Source: Kudoa neothunni | Lineage: Eukaryota > Animalia > Cnidaria | DNA: 64,000 nucleotides | Assembly: GCA_964304625.1 (NCBI GenBank) | Contig: OZ199838.1 | Coordinates: 12,343,843-12,407,842, forward strand | Direction: 5' to 3' | In this document: piece by piece, positions 37,650 to 51,824 of the stretch | Position numbering within the stretch: the stretch's first letter is position 1 | Layout of the letters: each line of letters starts with the position of its first letter | Program-made: the position numbers and the translations under genes | The notes under the pieces: model-generated | The model's input: the letters and a program-made list of their open reading frames with translations, nothing else | What the model was told of the DNA's origin: nothing | The model's database searches: none

Positions 37650-40130
37650 TTTATTACCTTAGAGAAAGCGATCAACTGACCAACGAAATACGAACTCTTA
37701 TTATAAGGGATGCCCAGTGTTTTTAAGATTTCTAATTGACACCGATGGGAAAAAACTTGTGTTAAAATCGCTTAATTTATCGCACGACTCTCTTATTTTA
37801 CCCTCAAAATTTTCGTCAAAGACAAAGAAAATAATGAAGAGATTATATATATATATATATATATTACACAGCTTGTTGAAGTCGACGGTAATTCAAAGGC
37901 TATCCAAGAAAAACTTTTTAGGGAGAATGGAAAATACGTTTCACTGAAAAAGCTAAACATTAAATATTCAATTAAGTCCCATTCAACCACACTTTATTGT
38001 TTGTTAACTCTAAAAAATAATCCTAATGTATTTATTGAAGTGTTAGAAGGTGAAATTAATTTTAAGGGCCTTTTTTATCAAGATTTGGACATGAAAAAAT
38101 GCCTGAAAGCTTACCCCGAAATAATATTTATTGACGCCACATAAATTATTAGACTGTAGGGATCCATTTTATTTTCTTGTGGTAATGGATGGAAGAGTAA
38201 TGAGCGAGATTGTGGCAACATGAATCCTCACAGAAGAAACTGAGGAAATATTATCATGGTTTATTAAAACAATTAAAAAGCATAACCCAGTTATAAAAAA
38301 CGAGACTAAAATTTTTATGACAGATAAAGACATGGTAGAGCAAAAAGTTTTATAAAACATATTTCCAAATATTAACATTCAATTATGTCTTTATCATGTC
38401 TTAAAAGCATTTAATTGTGAAAGCAAGGTCGAGAAAATGAACATTAATTCTAAGGAAAAAGAAATTTCACTCTTTTACCTTCAAAAAATCTCATACGCCA
38501 AAAATAATGATGAATATAATTCTATATACAAACAATTTAAGGATAACGTAGGAAAAAACGTTTATCGTTATTTTAAAAATAATTGGCACACCATCAAAGA
38601 TGAACGGATTATTGGTTTACGTAGATACGATGGAATCTTCTTAAATTTTACCAATAATAGAATTGAAAGTGTCAATTCCAAAGTAAAACAAGTGATTCCA
38701 TTGTTTTTCTCTTTTGAAGAATTTTTTAAGAAGTTTCTGGTTTGCATAAATACTTCAAGAATGGAGAATGATAATAAGACTGTTCAAGAAATTTTAAATA
38801 TTCCTCAAAAATTCATTGATCCTGCTAAAATCGAGTATTATAATTTTTTAACCAAATACCCATTTCAAATGGTTTCAATTGAATATTCTAAAGTTGTTCT
38901 ATCGCTAGAAAACATCGATGACGAAACTTTTCCAGATGGTTTTAATGTGTCTTCTAATGATAAATGTGGCTGTCCCTTCAAAATCAGCATGAATTTACCA
39001 TGCTGCCACGTATTTACATACCGGAAGAAGTGTAATCTTCTACTTTTTGATAAATCTTTGTGTTCCAAGAGATGGACGAAAAAATACTTTATTGAAAATT
39101 CCAGGTTGCAAGAAAATGTTTGCGAAAAGAATGATGTCGACTTTGGAAGCGATTCGATTAATTTCAGTTCTTTATCCAAGAATGTTCAATATTCAGAAAA
39201 GAAAAAATTTAATGAAGCTTCTAAGTTAATGAAAACCGTCGCTGCTAGAATCTCAGAAAAAACAGGTCCTGAATATAATTATTGGATAGATATGCCGAAA
39301 CAGTTTGTGGAATGCGTTGAAAATAATGAAAAAATTGCGATAACAAGATTTAACGATAATGACTACACGTGAGGTCTCAACAGCCTCAAGCAAAAATATC
39401 ACTGTGTCTAAAAGAATTTATCTATATAATATAATGTAATATTAATTTTGATCCTTATAGAGTCAGAATTACATCATTGTCCTATAAACGAAAGTCAACA
39501 AGAGTAAAACGGAATCCCTGATTAAATATTTATTCTAATTATAGAGAAAAATCATCTGAGATATCTGATGAAGATAATAAAATTTCAAGTAACACAACAG
39601 TTAATTATATTTTTGATTCAAAATGTAGAATTAATTTTGCCTTCAAAAATTAAATACAAGGACCGCCCTAAAGGTTCATCGACGACTGTAATTGGTAAAA
39701 AAAGATCTAAAGTTCACATGAGTTCGTTCACGAATTTAACTGAAGAGCAAAAAAATTCGAGCATATAAATATCTTAAATAATAAATAGCTATGCTGAGTT
39801 GGTTCATTGATAAAAACATTGCGATAAGAGTTATGGTTAATAAAGAAAAAATTGATGAAAAGGGTTTCGAGGTTTTTTCCAATAACGAAAGTGATGCAAT
39901 TCTTGACCAAAGGGTTAAAATTGTTAAAATATTTCCTTATTTTACTGACGATGCCATTTATAATATTAAAAAGATTATAAAAACAAAAAAACTGTTGGCT
40001 ATATGTGCAGTATCTGTAAAAGCACGATTGGGTTCATAGAACCATCTATAGGTTGTGATATATGCTTAGAATGGAGTCATTTCAAATGTCGAAATATCAG
40101 TGTTGGCTCGTATTCTAAGTTTTGATGTCG
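37650..40130 (+). mobile_element. MULE transposase pseudogene with SWIM and C-terminal PHD-like finger
   Basis: GCPVFL, PEIIFIDAT, FMTDKD, LCLYHV, TNNRIES, CGC..LPCCH, CSIC..IGCDICLEWSHFKC; multiple frameshifts; termini not resolved. Confidence 0.85.
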
Positions 40131-41579
40131 CAGCAAATATAAAAAGTTATTCAAGAACAAATAAAAGAATAAAAGTTGTAAACTTGAAAAAAAAAATTTC
40201 TCCAACAAAAGAATAATCTTCAAAATTATTTACGATTTTTCCGGATACAAAACTTTTTATTGTAAATACGAAGTGTCAAATTATATTATATTTTTAATTA
40301 CGCGAATAATCGAATAAGTACTATTTCTTTTGTAAGCAACATTGGCTATTATAAGGTCGATTTGTTAAAATCTCCGTTTTTGAAATTAAATTCTATAATC
40401 TTAATCAGTTTCTATAATGATATTATATGTTTAAAACCGTGATGGCGATGAATGTGATTTCAAATATAATCAACATTAAATAAGTTTCATGTTTAAGAAT
40501 ATACCAATATAATTAATATTTTTTCAAACTTGGACGGAGATATTTACTTACTCATTCGAAATAACGTCAATAGTTTAATTTATTCAAAAAGCAAGCATAA
40601 TTTGAATATTTCGAGATAAATTTTGTCAAATTGCCTTACCGCTCGACTAAATTAACTTTCGTTTGTTATGCACTATGTAAATTAACTTATTAGTACGAAT
40701 CAATCTATCGAAATTGAATATCAATAAATTATAAAACTGATATAAATAATTATTAATTATTGCCCTAAATAGAATCAAATATATCTCAACTTTATTATTT
40801 TTAGATGCATTTTAAGGGTAAATATAACACATAGTTAAGTCATTGGAATATATAAATACGATGTAAATATTTCTATAGAAAATTTAAGCCTTATTAATCC
40901 AATAATTTGTAAATAAGTTAGTTTATGTAAGAGTAGCATTTTTCACAAGTCTAATAATGAAAATCTCGATTCTATCCGTGTCTAAATAGGTTTCTGAGTA
41001 TTTTTTTTAATTAAACTTAATTGATAGATATACTTGCCGTTAAAATGCTGTTTAAAATATTAAATGTAATTTTATATCAACTTAAAGTAAATTTAAATAG
41101 TATGCGATGCTAATCTGCCGGATCAATAGACAGAGCCAATAGTCGCTTCCATGATGAAAAGGTAGTCTTAGAGCTCCCGTCACACTTGAAAAGACCAGGA
41201 GAAACATTTTTTGCGATAATTTTTTCATTTCGTTTCCGTTGGAAAACAAAATCCTTACCCTAGGTTTATTAATCCTGGAGACAATCCGGCATAATAGTCG
41301 GGATATCTCATTACTTTTTAAAGTTAGGAAATAGAGGGAGGTTTTTAGTTCAATTTTTCTAAAAAGAATAGCTCGTTCATTTATTTAGCTACGCTCTCAA
41401 ACAATGTTAATTATTTATGCCAAGGTCAGACAAAAAGCCCAAAATTATCGTCGACTATAGCAAATCTAAAGGTGTGCGGATACGGTAGATAGAATCCCAT
41501 CCACGACGAAAAAAGATGTATTTTATGCGCTCGATTCTCTGATATAAAAATAAAGAACAAACATTCGAAAATTATTTGT

Positions 41580-44507
41580 GGTAACGGTAAAGTATGTGAC
41601 TCCAGAAAAACACCATCTTGCGCACGTTTTTTATCGTTTTTTCTTTTACGATTATCAATAATAAATCAAAAGAATAACGAGTGCAAATATTGAGCTCAAA
41701 TTAATTCTAAATTTTTGTCTAATTCCTATTCGACAACCGTCGGATACGCGTGTAATTTACATCGTTTTGCAATCGATACCGGAAAATAGCTTATTATTTG
41801 CTTATTTCACAAATTATCCAAAAATTATATTTTATATTATTTTTATTAGCAACGGTATTAAATTTATCTGCGTTAATTCATCCCGTGGAAACGGCTATAA
41901 TGGAGCATTTAAGTTTTAGAGGGAAAGATGACTTTTTTGTTTAATTAATGACCATGATAGTTTTTTTACACCTTAGTAGCAAAGGGCTATCTGAAAGCTG
42001 CCTCAGAAAGATATTTTAAGTGTTGGAATTATAAAACCTTTACTTTAAAAAAGAGAAAAATAAATGTAAGGAGACCAATGACCGATACTTCGTGTTACGA
42101 TAGAAACAACATTGATTATTCCCTCACTTACAACTGTAAAAAGTACTTATCTAATGTGAAATAACGAATTAATGTAATTAAGGTGTAAAACTAGTGTTTT
42201 CCCTCGAAATGGTACCTTTTTCTCTGTGTGTTCCGTTACCTCAACAACAAAATTAACGATAAAAAAAATATTTAAAATACTTTATTACTGGTCGGTGGAC
42301 AATACCATTATGTCGACCGGTTAGATGATAAAAATTTCCAAACCTACCACTTCTCCATGGTTTCACAAGATTAGAAAAATATGCGTATCAAGTTTTGAGT
42401 AGCGACAAAAATTTGGTGGAGAAGATTACGTCATCGAAATTGACGAGACTCTTCTTCACAGCAAGAGGAAGAATAACCGGGGGAGATATTTAAAATGGGA
42501 CAAATGGAAAGTTTCATTAGATAAAGAATTTATTGTATCAAGTAGTAATTTCTATCAACTCATATTTTTGTCACTTCCACTGACTATATTTATAATGCAA
42601 CAGGAAATGATGATATGAGTGATAGCGAATATTCTCCATCCGAGGTCAAACTTTCGGATGAAACTATTGATGGTTATTTATCACAGTATTTTGCCTCGTA
42701 ATTGAATATAGGAAACACGAGAAAGAGACTGGAGAGGTACGGAGATCGTGCAGACGGCCCTTGGGTTTTCGGACTTTGTCTTTGCAAGATATGCGACGAT
42801 GGGAAAAGGTAGCTCATGGAAGTCCCTTATTTCTACATCCAGAAAAGAGACCGGGGAACTCTTATTCCAATCATCCAAAATGAGGTTCTGAAAGGATCTA
42901 TCATTTATAGTGATGAATGGAGAGCCTATAGTAACCTGAATTCACGTGGTTGCAGGCATATAAAAATCAATCATTCAATTGAATATGTCAGGGACGGTGC
43001 CCATACAAACACCACAGAAGCTTGTTGGGGGAGACTTAAAACAAAGTTTCTCCGAATTAAAGGGAGTATTTCATTCTATAGTCTACCTGAATATTTGTGC
43101 TAAGAATGGTTTCGATTAATTATGGGAGAAGAATTTCAACTTTTAAATAATATACTAACAAAAATTATGTTACTGTACTAATGTAGTTATTAATAAGTCT
43201 ATTACATTTTATATAAATGCGTTTTTATTTTTTGTATTTAATGTAATAAGTGTCAGAGGACGTATAATTAGAAATTTCATATTGGAAGTTAGATACGTAA
43301 GTAACAAATTTGTTTTGTTAAATTTTTCGAGTAAGAATAAATCATATCAATTCTAATTTATTTTAAATGAATACATTTGATATTTCCATTCACTGGAATA
43401 TTAAAATTAGGGGAAAATATTAGTGAGTAAAACAAATATTCATATAGAAAGTGTTACATTAATATTAGTAAGAAAATTTGAACGTATGGATTTTCATACA
43501 ACTGGTCATAAGTTCATTATATTGCACAACACTTCAACTGCGCGTTCATAGCATAGTAGTTGTTGCAAAGAATAATTTTGACATAAAAAATAAACTAAAC
43601 TTATAAATTATTTATTTTCAAAGCTAATTTATATACTAAACAAATGATAAAACATTATTTAATTAAAATAAATTAGTAATGTAAATTAATATAATACTTT
43701 AGGTAGTTGTTAGGGCAAGAAAACATAAACGTTTATGTAGCAATAAATCCCCAAACACACTACCAGTAGTGTATATAAAGTTGTTATACTTCTAGAACAA
43801 TCTAGGTGTCTCTGTTGTATTCCATATGGTGCTATATGGTTCTATTGTAATATAGGATTTTCCAGAGGCCTCAACAGTAGTACCAAATAAAGAAATAAAA
43901 AATGCGCGATTTATTATTTTTATAATTTAATATTTTTAAATAAACTAAGTACATATTGAAATATTTTTTATTAATGTATTTCTTAAATTTTAAAGTCAAA
44001 AATACCAATATACGATTAATATATTTATTGTCAGTTTCAATTTCCCGCGTAATTGGTGTATAAAAATTTTTGCACCGATAACAATGTATAAATAAAAATT
44101 TATAAACCAGAATAAACGATTATAGATGTGACTAAATGCTATAAAAGTTAATTTGACATTTAGAAATAAAGATAGATGGCACATTATTTCTTAATATTAG
44201 ATAAGCTTATTTAGAAGCTTTACTACGCTAAATTTGGTATGTAGAGCTTAAGAAAATTTAAATAATGGTTATAATGTACTAATCAGGATAAAATAAGCAA
44301 TTTTCCGGTGTTTATTGCAAAACGATGTAGAGTACACGTGTATCCGACTATTGTCGAATAGGAATTAGGCAAAAATTTAGAATTGATTTGAGCTCAATAT
44401 GTGCACTCGGTATTCTTTTGATTTATTATTGATAATCGTAAAAGAAAAAACGAAAAAAAACGTGCGCAAGATGGTGTTTTTCTGGAGTCTCATACTTTAC
44501 CATTACC
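41580..44507 (+). mobile_element. Merlin (IS1595/ISXO2-like) transposon with long TIRs, dead transposase
   Basis: About 215-bp TIRs starting GGTAA(C/T)GGTAAAG; motifs VIEIDET..KRKNNRGR, GPWVFG, IYSDEWRAY, INHS, HTNTTEACW. Confidence 0.92.
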
Positions 44508-44665
44508 TAATTATCTCTCGATTTTTAGAAGTGTATAATTTTTAGTTTATAAAACTTCTAATACGATTTTTTTGTTTAAATGGAAGCCTTATAAGTTTGT
44601 AAGAGCATTCTAAAAATTCTATAGCGAAAAAATTCTCGGGTTTTAAGTAAAACAAAAAATATTTC

Positions 44666-44709
44666 TTTTGGGGTATGACAAATACCCCACCCCGGGCAGA
44701 AAGAGTTAA
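44666..44709 (+). mobile_element. Solo piggyBac-like terminus
   Basis: GGGGTATGACAAATACCCC palindrome followed by GCAGAAAGAG-TTAA. Confidence 0.4.
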
Positions 44710-45239
44710 GTGCTTTTGATTTGAACGCAGAAATACGTGATAACTGGCCCCTATATTAGTTAGTTTAGTTATCTTTGCAATCCTCGTAAATGCTCTCCAC
44801 ATTGTAAATTTATTAGCCCTGGAAGAAATATTTTATTTCGGATGTTATTTTTAAAGCAAATTTCCTGCAGTTACCTCTAAATTGTTTAAATTCAAATTCA
44901 TTAACTTAATAATAATAATAAATTGATATTATGTAACTAATATAATTTATGTAAATATACTTAATAAATAATTAAATAACAAAAGTTTTCTGTTAGGTAG
45001 CCCAACACTATTTCTCCCAATAGAGATATTGAATACATATAAAAAATTAATTCTACATTCAATTTAAATGTTGAAAAAAAACACTTACCGCATTTTGTAA
45101 ACTCATCCTTAATAAAGTTAACTTGTTGGTTAAAGACAATGTGACAGCCGATGTGTCGAATAAAAAACGGAAAGTCTCAACGAGTTAAGTGTGATTATTT
45201 TGAAATCAACTATCTTGTGCTATAGCGCATCTCCCTTAA

Positions 45240-46150
45240 CTTAAGAAGTTTAAAGAAGAATGAATAAATTTATAATAAAAATTTCAAATCATAATAAATG
45301 ATAGACAGGCTATTGTTATCAAGAGTCGTATTAACTAATCACACCATTCAAGCAACTAATAATTGCTTGCCTACAAAACAGTCATATTAGATTGGCAAAC
45401 GAAAAATAAGTACCTAGCGAAGGGGATGTATGAGATGCTATACCAACCGAAAGCTAAGCATTGGATTAACACAAAGATAAGACAAACTAAGCCAAGGTCC
45501 CACTAAATTTGGAGACATTAGAGTAAACAAAAAAACACAACCTCCTATACCCATAATGCAGAAGAGAGAGTTAGAAAAATTGAAACCTACAACAAATAGC
45601 ATGAGACAATGGATATAGAGTAATCCTTTTAATTACAAAAAGAATCAATGTAGCAGCCCATCTTTTATCTTCAAACATATTTTGAATTTGTTTATAAAAT
45701 CCCACCAAAAATCCGGTGCTATTATAAACAAGGTCACGTCACCAAATATACAAAAGTACATATTAAAGTTGATGAATACCCTAATAAAGACACAATTGTT
45801 CCCAATGTATACAAAATTGCAAAAGTTGTTGTATCAGTCAACACAAGAAAACACCCCTAAGTTCATTTAATAATCGACAAGCAAAAACAACCTACTATCA
45901 TTGACAATACAAATCCAAAACCACTGCATGCTGCAAAACCAATTATACGGTTTTTCCAAGACAATTTCGTGGCATCATTCAACTGTACAAGGTGTTAAAA
46001 AATGAAAATTATTATCAATTGGTACCATCTGGGAAACAGTATTATTCTGGTTGTTATCCCCTTGGGCTGAACTATTGTCAAACCAACCTCCCATTGTTTT
46101 ATGTGTTGCAGTAAGTAGACGACACTCGACAGTGCTCGTTTAATTGTCTT
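45240..46150 (+). mobile_element. Degenerate Penelope-like retroelement fragment
   Basis: Frame CSQCIQNCKSC...ACCKTNYTV...YPLGLN resembles the Cys linker and PxGLN end of Penelope GIY-YIG endonucleases. Confidence 0.4.
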
Positions 46151-48379
46151 GTAGAGGCGAAAAAGATATGTATACAATCACTTAAATTTGCGTATGATAA
46201 TTTATTACACATTAATTCGTACAATTTTTGGAACAAATATGATTAAAAATGTATATATTGATAATTTGAGTTCAAACCTTGATTATGATGGATTTAAAAG
46301 ACTGAATGGACCTAGAACCAACATTCGGTCTATCGGAATGATCCGATACGTCACGTCATTAAATCCGTAGGAAAACAAAAGAGTAGACATTTTAATTGAT
46401 ACAATATTTTTAGGATGTTACCTTCAACATGAGCTTGAGATATTACACTCTATTTTACAACTGAGCTAATGTATTTAAATATTTCTTATTAACCATAAAA
46501 TGTAGGGGCCTACTCAATAATTTCTAATAATCAACATTTAAAATGACTTTTTATATTTATATTTTATTTTATTTTATTTTTAAGATAATAATTGTGAATT
46601 TGTTAATTAAATATAACAAGAAACATGAAAAATCCAGATTTATTTAGTTCTCAACGCAAAAATATTTTGTCTAATGGATACTTAAAAATTATAATCCTTG
46701 AATCTATAATTTAAATAAATGTATAAGTTACAATATAAACATATTTGAGGTGTGAATGTTGTTATGCGTTGCTCTTACACATTTACGTTAGAGTAAAAAT
46801 TTCTTTTTTTCTTAATTTTCGAATAATTTTTTGTTCTTTTAATCAGTGACAAGCTGAACAAACTTCATGTCATAGATACTAATAACACCCACCAATAATT
46901 TTAAACGTTTTAATAATAATTACTAAAATTTAATTTAACTTGAATAATAGGTACTCTAGGAAGGAGGAGAAATGGTAATGTTGATATTAAGTATGCATTA
47001 GTAAATGAACGTTAAACGGAACCTTTTTTAAACTTGTGTAGACACAAAAAAGTTACCCTCCAATGATTTTTTGGTATATTTCATCGAAACAATTGTTTAT
47101 ACATTTATTAAAAAATATATTAAAAATACACTGGTTCATGTTTAATTTTTTTTATTGAGAATTCATCGAATAAAACAGTTATTTGATTTAAACCACTCAA
47201 ATTTGATATACGAATCGTCGAGAACCCCGTATATATTCGCTCAGCAACAATTAATTGGATATATTTTATCTGAACAATTCTGCACAGTTTATTTAAAAGA
47301 CTTCTCTAATGATGATATCAATTCTAAGATTCACAACATTATTTAGAAGTAATTTCACCACAATAAAAACGTTTCCGAACTATATATATTGACCTAATTT
47401 TCTTATCGCTCTGTCAAGAGAAAATATAGCATTGGTCGAGGTCTTGTTCTTAACTATAACCTATTTTACCATTTTTAAAAAAATATTAATCCCACTTTAG
47501 TACTATTTTAATACAAATTTCTGATCCCAAATGGTTAACACAGATCGGCAGCAAACTCCTTCAAAAAAAGTTACAGAAGCACTGTCTCATTGCTGGAAAA
47601 TTTTTTGTAGATGGAAATGTCTTGGATTAATCCAAAGTTCGCCACGCTATAAAAACATCCATTAACCTCTTAATCTCAATTTTGAATTAAAATTGAATTT
47701 AAATGTGATAAATTGTGACAATATCATTTTTTTGACTTTACCACATAATTACATCGGGTTTAGTACGATTCCTTTCGTCCATTACATTTTAAGGTTTTAC
47801 TAGCTAATAAAAAATCTCCTTACTTACTGACTTACGATTTAAATATCTTTCTCTGGAAACGACTAATATTGAACCATTTTGAGGTCTTTTTCCTTCCGGA
47901 AGAACACATGATGAGAGTTCTATATTGCCACGGATGGTGTCTACATACATTTTACTTTTATAGCGATTTGACAATAAGATTATTGTAAACGAAATTATCT
48001 AAAAACCGCTTCAATCCGAATAGCAAATTGGAGATGCGGGAGGGAATGCAATAACTTTGCAGAACTTCTTCACGAATCCTCCCCCCCCCCCCCCAAATGA
48101 GGATAAATATTTGTAAATCAGACCAATTAATATAAAAAATTCAAACCTTACTTTTCTGGTTTAAATAGAGTGTACTGTGTGAGGGGAAACTTTCCTCTAA
48201 AACAGTATGTCGCAATCTTTTTGGTTAACCGACCTCCGACCGATTAGCTAAGCCAAATGAATATTAACCCCTAAATGTGCTAACAACATAAATTAAAATG
48301 TATGAAACTGCTGTTTCAGAATTATGTTTTAAAGCTTTCTTTTATCATAACGAGGGATTTACGAAAGATCAAGCTTTCA

Positions 48380-48444
48380 GGAGTAAAAGTCTTCACTCAC
48401 ACACCCCTGGGATAAGGGCGCGGACATCAGGTTTGGAAACACTG
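48380..48444. mobile_element. Solo hAT right terminus
   Basis: ACCCCTGGG...GGTTTGGAAACACTG (rc CAGTGTTTCCAAACC); partner end not found. Confidence 0.45.
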
Positions 48445-49286
48445 TTCCAAACGAGATCAGTTGTCCATCAACACTAAAATCTTGATTATGGGAAACACTT
48501 GGATAGCTCACATATCCATATTTATCGCAAATCGCGAATGGAAAAAAACTTACCGTTAATTCTTCCTTATGTTCGAGTACTTAATATAGTCAAAATGCAA
48601 GGTTCTGGATAACTGTTTATATCGCCAAAAAGAATAATGCAAACGATAAACGCCTCTAACATCGGCTACATTGAAGATTTCATAAAAACGCCCGTTTCTA
48701 TCTTTATGTAAGACTTACAAGCTAAGATATTCTGAGATAACCATTAAACTCAATTTGGTCAATATTTGACCATGAATAAATTAGAATGGCATTTTCCAAA
48801 TAAATTGGAATATCTTTCGATTTATTTTCGAATATTTCTCCCACGTAAAATAAGATAGCTATCCCAGTTTTTTAAGTTTTTATGACAGTATATTATCGGT
48901 CCTGGATATTCATAAGAAAATTTTACGTTGAGGTTTTCGATGCAGAAGCTTTATTCAAACATCAGACGAGCAAAACCTTATTCCTTATCTTTACTGAATC
49001 GCCAAAAAGATCAACGTCAATTAATTCTCCCAAATTTTCATAATTTTAAAATAATAAATAATTTTATTCACCACCCGATAATTCAAATCTGCTGCCCTAG
49101 TTCTCATAACTGGTAATGCTACGAAAATTGGATGTGCACAAACTATTATTTTTTCCTTTTTAACTTGAACTTTATTAATAATTTTATTAATAAAAGTTTA
49201 ATATTACGTATTCTAATTTATAATCAAAATAATAATTTTATGTCGATAATTTAATGCGCATGCGAGAAATTAAAAGAAAGAATTAG

Positions 49287-50070
49287 ATGAATAACGGTAA
49301 TAGACCTGAAGCGAATTTCAGGGATCAAAATAACGATTTGAAAAAAATTTCGAATCAAATAAAACAATGTTTTGAGTTGATAAAGGCCACCAAAACAAAA
49401 ATAGTTATCGATATTTCAGGAGCCTCGTATGATGGCTTGAATATGATGCCGTCATTTGAACAGATAATTCAGCCACAACTATTTCAAATAAAGAAGTCTA
49501 TTGATGTTTGTCTTTTATGTGCATTTTTCTTTTGCATGAGATAACGTTTAGGATATTCGTCTTGTTGCTATGATAAATAATGGTGCTTTGAGTGATTTTA
49601 CAATGACGAAAACCCTTGAACACTCTTATAATGACATGTTACAATTGTACAGACAAAATATTTCTGCAATTGAACGGCAGATGAATATTCGAAAAAGAGA
49701 ACTCCTACTATCGAACAATCAATCCATCACATCAACAACTAAATTGGCACGAAATAAGGCTGATTTTTCTTCCAACTCAACCCCAGTTTTGGAACACATG
49801 AAGAAAAACAACAAAGACCTGGAGAAAATTTATAACGAACTCAATAACCAGGTGCTACTGTCTAATGAACATATTGCCCTACTCGAGGACACCTCAAGCC
49901 AAATTAATCGATTCAAAAACGAATTCACACAACTATCCAGTATGATCGGTATTGGATATACTTTTCTACGGAATATGAGACTCAAAAAAACCCTTTTCAA
50001 TGCATTATATTATTTTTGTTTTATTGTGTATTTTCTAGTTGTACTATATATATTTGTAGAGAGATTTTAA
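49287..50070 (+). CDS. BNIP1: ER SNARE Sec20/BNIP1, 2 exons
   Basis: Intron 49506-49551; NQVLLSNEHIALLEDTSSQI..EFTQLSSMIGIG plus C-terminal TM FLVVLYIFVERF match Sec20. Confidence 0.8.
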
Positions 50071-51824
50071 ATTGTTTGTATTTTTTGCGGCTTTACTTAT
50101 TTTTTTAAGAATTTCTATGAATTCAACCATAATGGTGAATTTTAATTCTTGAATAACGATTAGGTACATCTATTATAGCGGTGTTGCTATTTGGCGTAAA
50201 TTGAAAAGTTTTTATTTTTTACAGATATCTTCATTCATTAAAAATTTGATTTATCAAAATAAAGAACACCCTAAATAATATTTACGGATACAATGTGACT
50301 CGATATTGCGGAACTTTTTGGGGTCAAGGAAAAAGTTACCCAATATTGAAAGATTACTGTATAGTTTATAATCGTCAATACTGAATTTTCCACTCAATAA
50401 AAAAAACTTTATTCTACATGAATACTCAATAAAATTCGTTAATATATTAAAGTAATAAATAAAAAATGTCTTAAACGTGATTATAATAAAAAATTGTGGG
50501 GCCACCGAACTTGAAAATAGACATGGCGTATAAAGTTGATATCTAGCCATAATAACATTTTTTTTAAAAGTCAATTTTGATTAAATATTAAATGATATGG
50601 GAAATTTTTGCAAGATGAGATTTGTGATGTGCTTAAGGATGTCTAAGGAATTCTATTATTCGGGGCTATTAAACTTAATAAAAATTAGGCAGATATTCTT
50701 AAAATGTTTCTAGGAATAAGAATTCAACAGCTATTTATAAAACAATTATCGGTCTCTTTCTTTTATGACTTGTTTATTTTTCCATGATGCAGCCCAACAA
50801 TAATACTTAATGTGGAAATCTGCGTGATAAATAATATTTAAGTGGCACTAGTTTTTACTATTTATAATTATTCCTAACCCCTAAGAGGGAAGGCTGGGTC
50901 AGAAATAATTTAATGTAGAAAAATGTAAAAAATTAAATCTGTAGACAGCGTGTAAGTTAGAGTTGATAGGATTAAAAATTGTCAATACACAAGCATGCAT
51001 GCCTTCTAGGATTAGTATTAACTTAATAAATTGCTTCTGCCATAGCTAAATCAATATAAAACCTTAAAGGAAATATGAATTTGGCTTTCAAATTACGGAG
51101 GTAAGTTGTGATTTTAAGCAGGTCGTAGTGCAAATTTGAGAAAAGGTTGAATTATCCTGTTCTAGATTATTTAGGTTCTCATTTAGGACGATTCCATACA
51201 AAATTTGTACATTCATGTCGAGGTTCAATGACCCAAAACATGTTTGGAGAGTTAAAGAATATAAATTTAAATATATTCTATCATTCGAAACGCTTCCATG
51301 CAAATTAGATAGTACTGATTATTTATAGTCAACTATTAGCAATTATAAATATTTATTTTTTGTCTTCCTTCAAGACCTAAATATGTAAAAAGATAGAAAT
51401 TAATAAAACCGAATAGTTTAAAAAATTCGCATAAAGTAAAATTCCTATTACAATTTCATATAAATTATATTTGAATAATATTAAAGTTGTGAATATTAAA
51501 GCCACATTTAATCATTATGTGGCCTAGGATACACGGTATTGGTATGCATTGATAAATCGTTTGCAAACAAACTCTTTTTATAGATTTTATAGCGGTTTTT
51601 ATTGTTTGGCTCACATAACTAAACCAATTAATCATCATGAGTTTCTAAAAACATTTCTCATAACCCAAATTTAGGAGCTGTGTAGATTTTAAATTTCAAA
51701 AATTTTATCAAAACTAAAAATCTAAAATAATCCCCTTTATCAAAAAGAAATATATTTTAATGCAAATATTAAAAATAAATTAAGATTTAATGATCAAACA
51801 TTGATAATTACTTTTAATAATATA

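Noticed and set aside
46188-48070. Exon/intron-like signals and short ORFs
   Set aside because: Every splice phase tried hit stop codons; possibly a decayed gene, not supportable
48160-48290. Two hairpins plus TAACCCCTAA as a telomerase RNA template
   Set aside because: Does not match the TTAGGG template, no pseudoknot identified, and it sits next to a hAT terminus
50254-51303. Minus-strand ORFs of 106 and 71 aa
   Set aside because: No homology motifs and no consistent splice model
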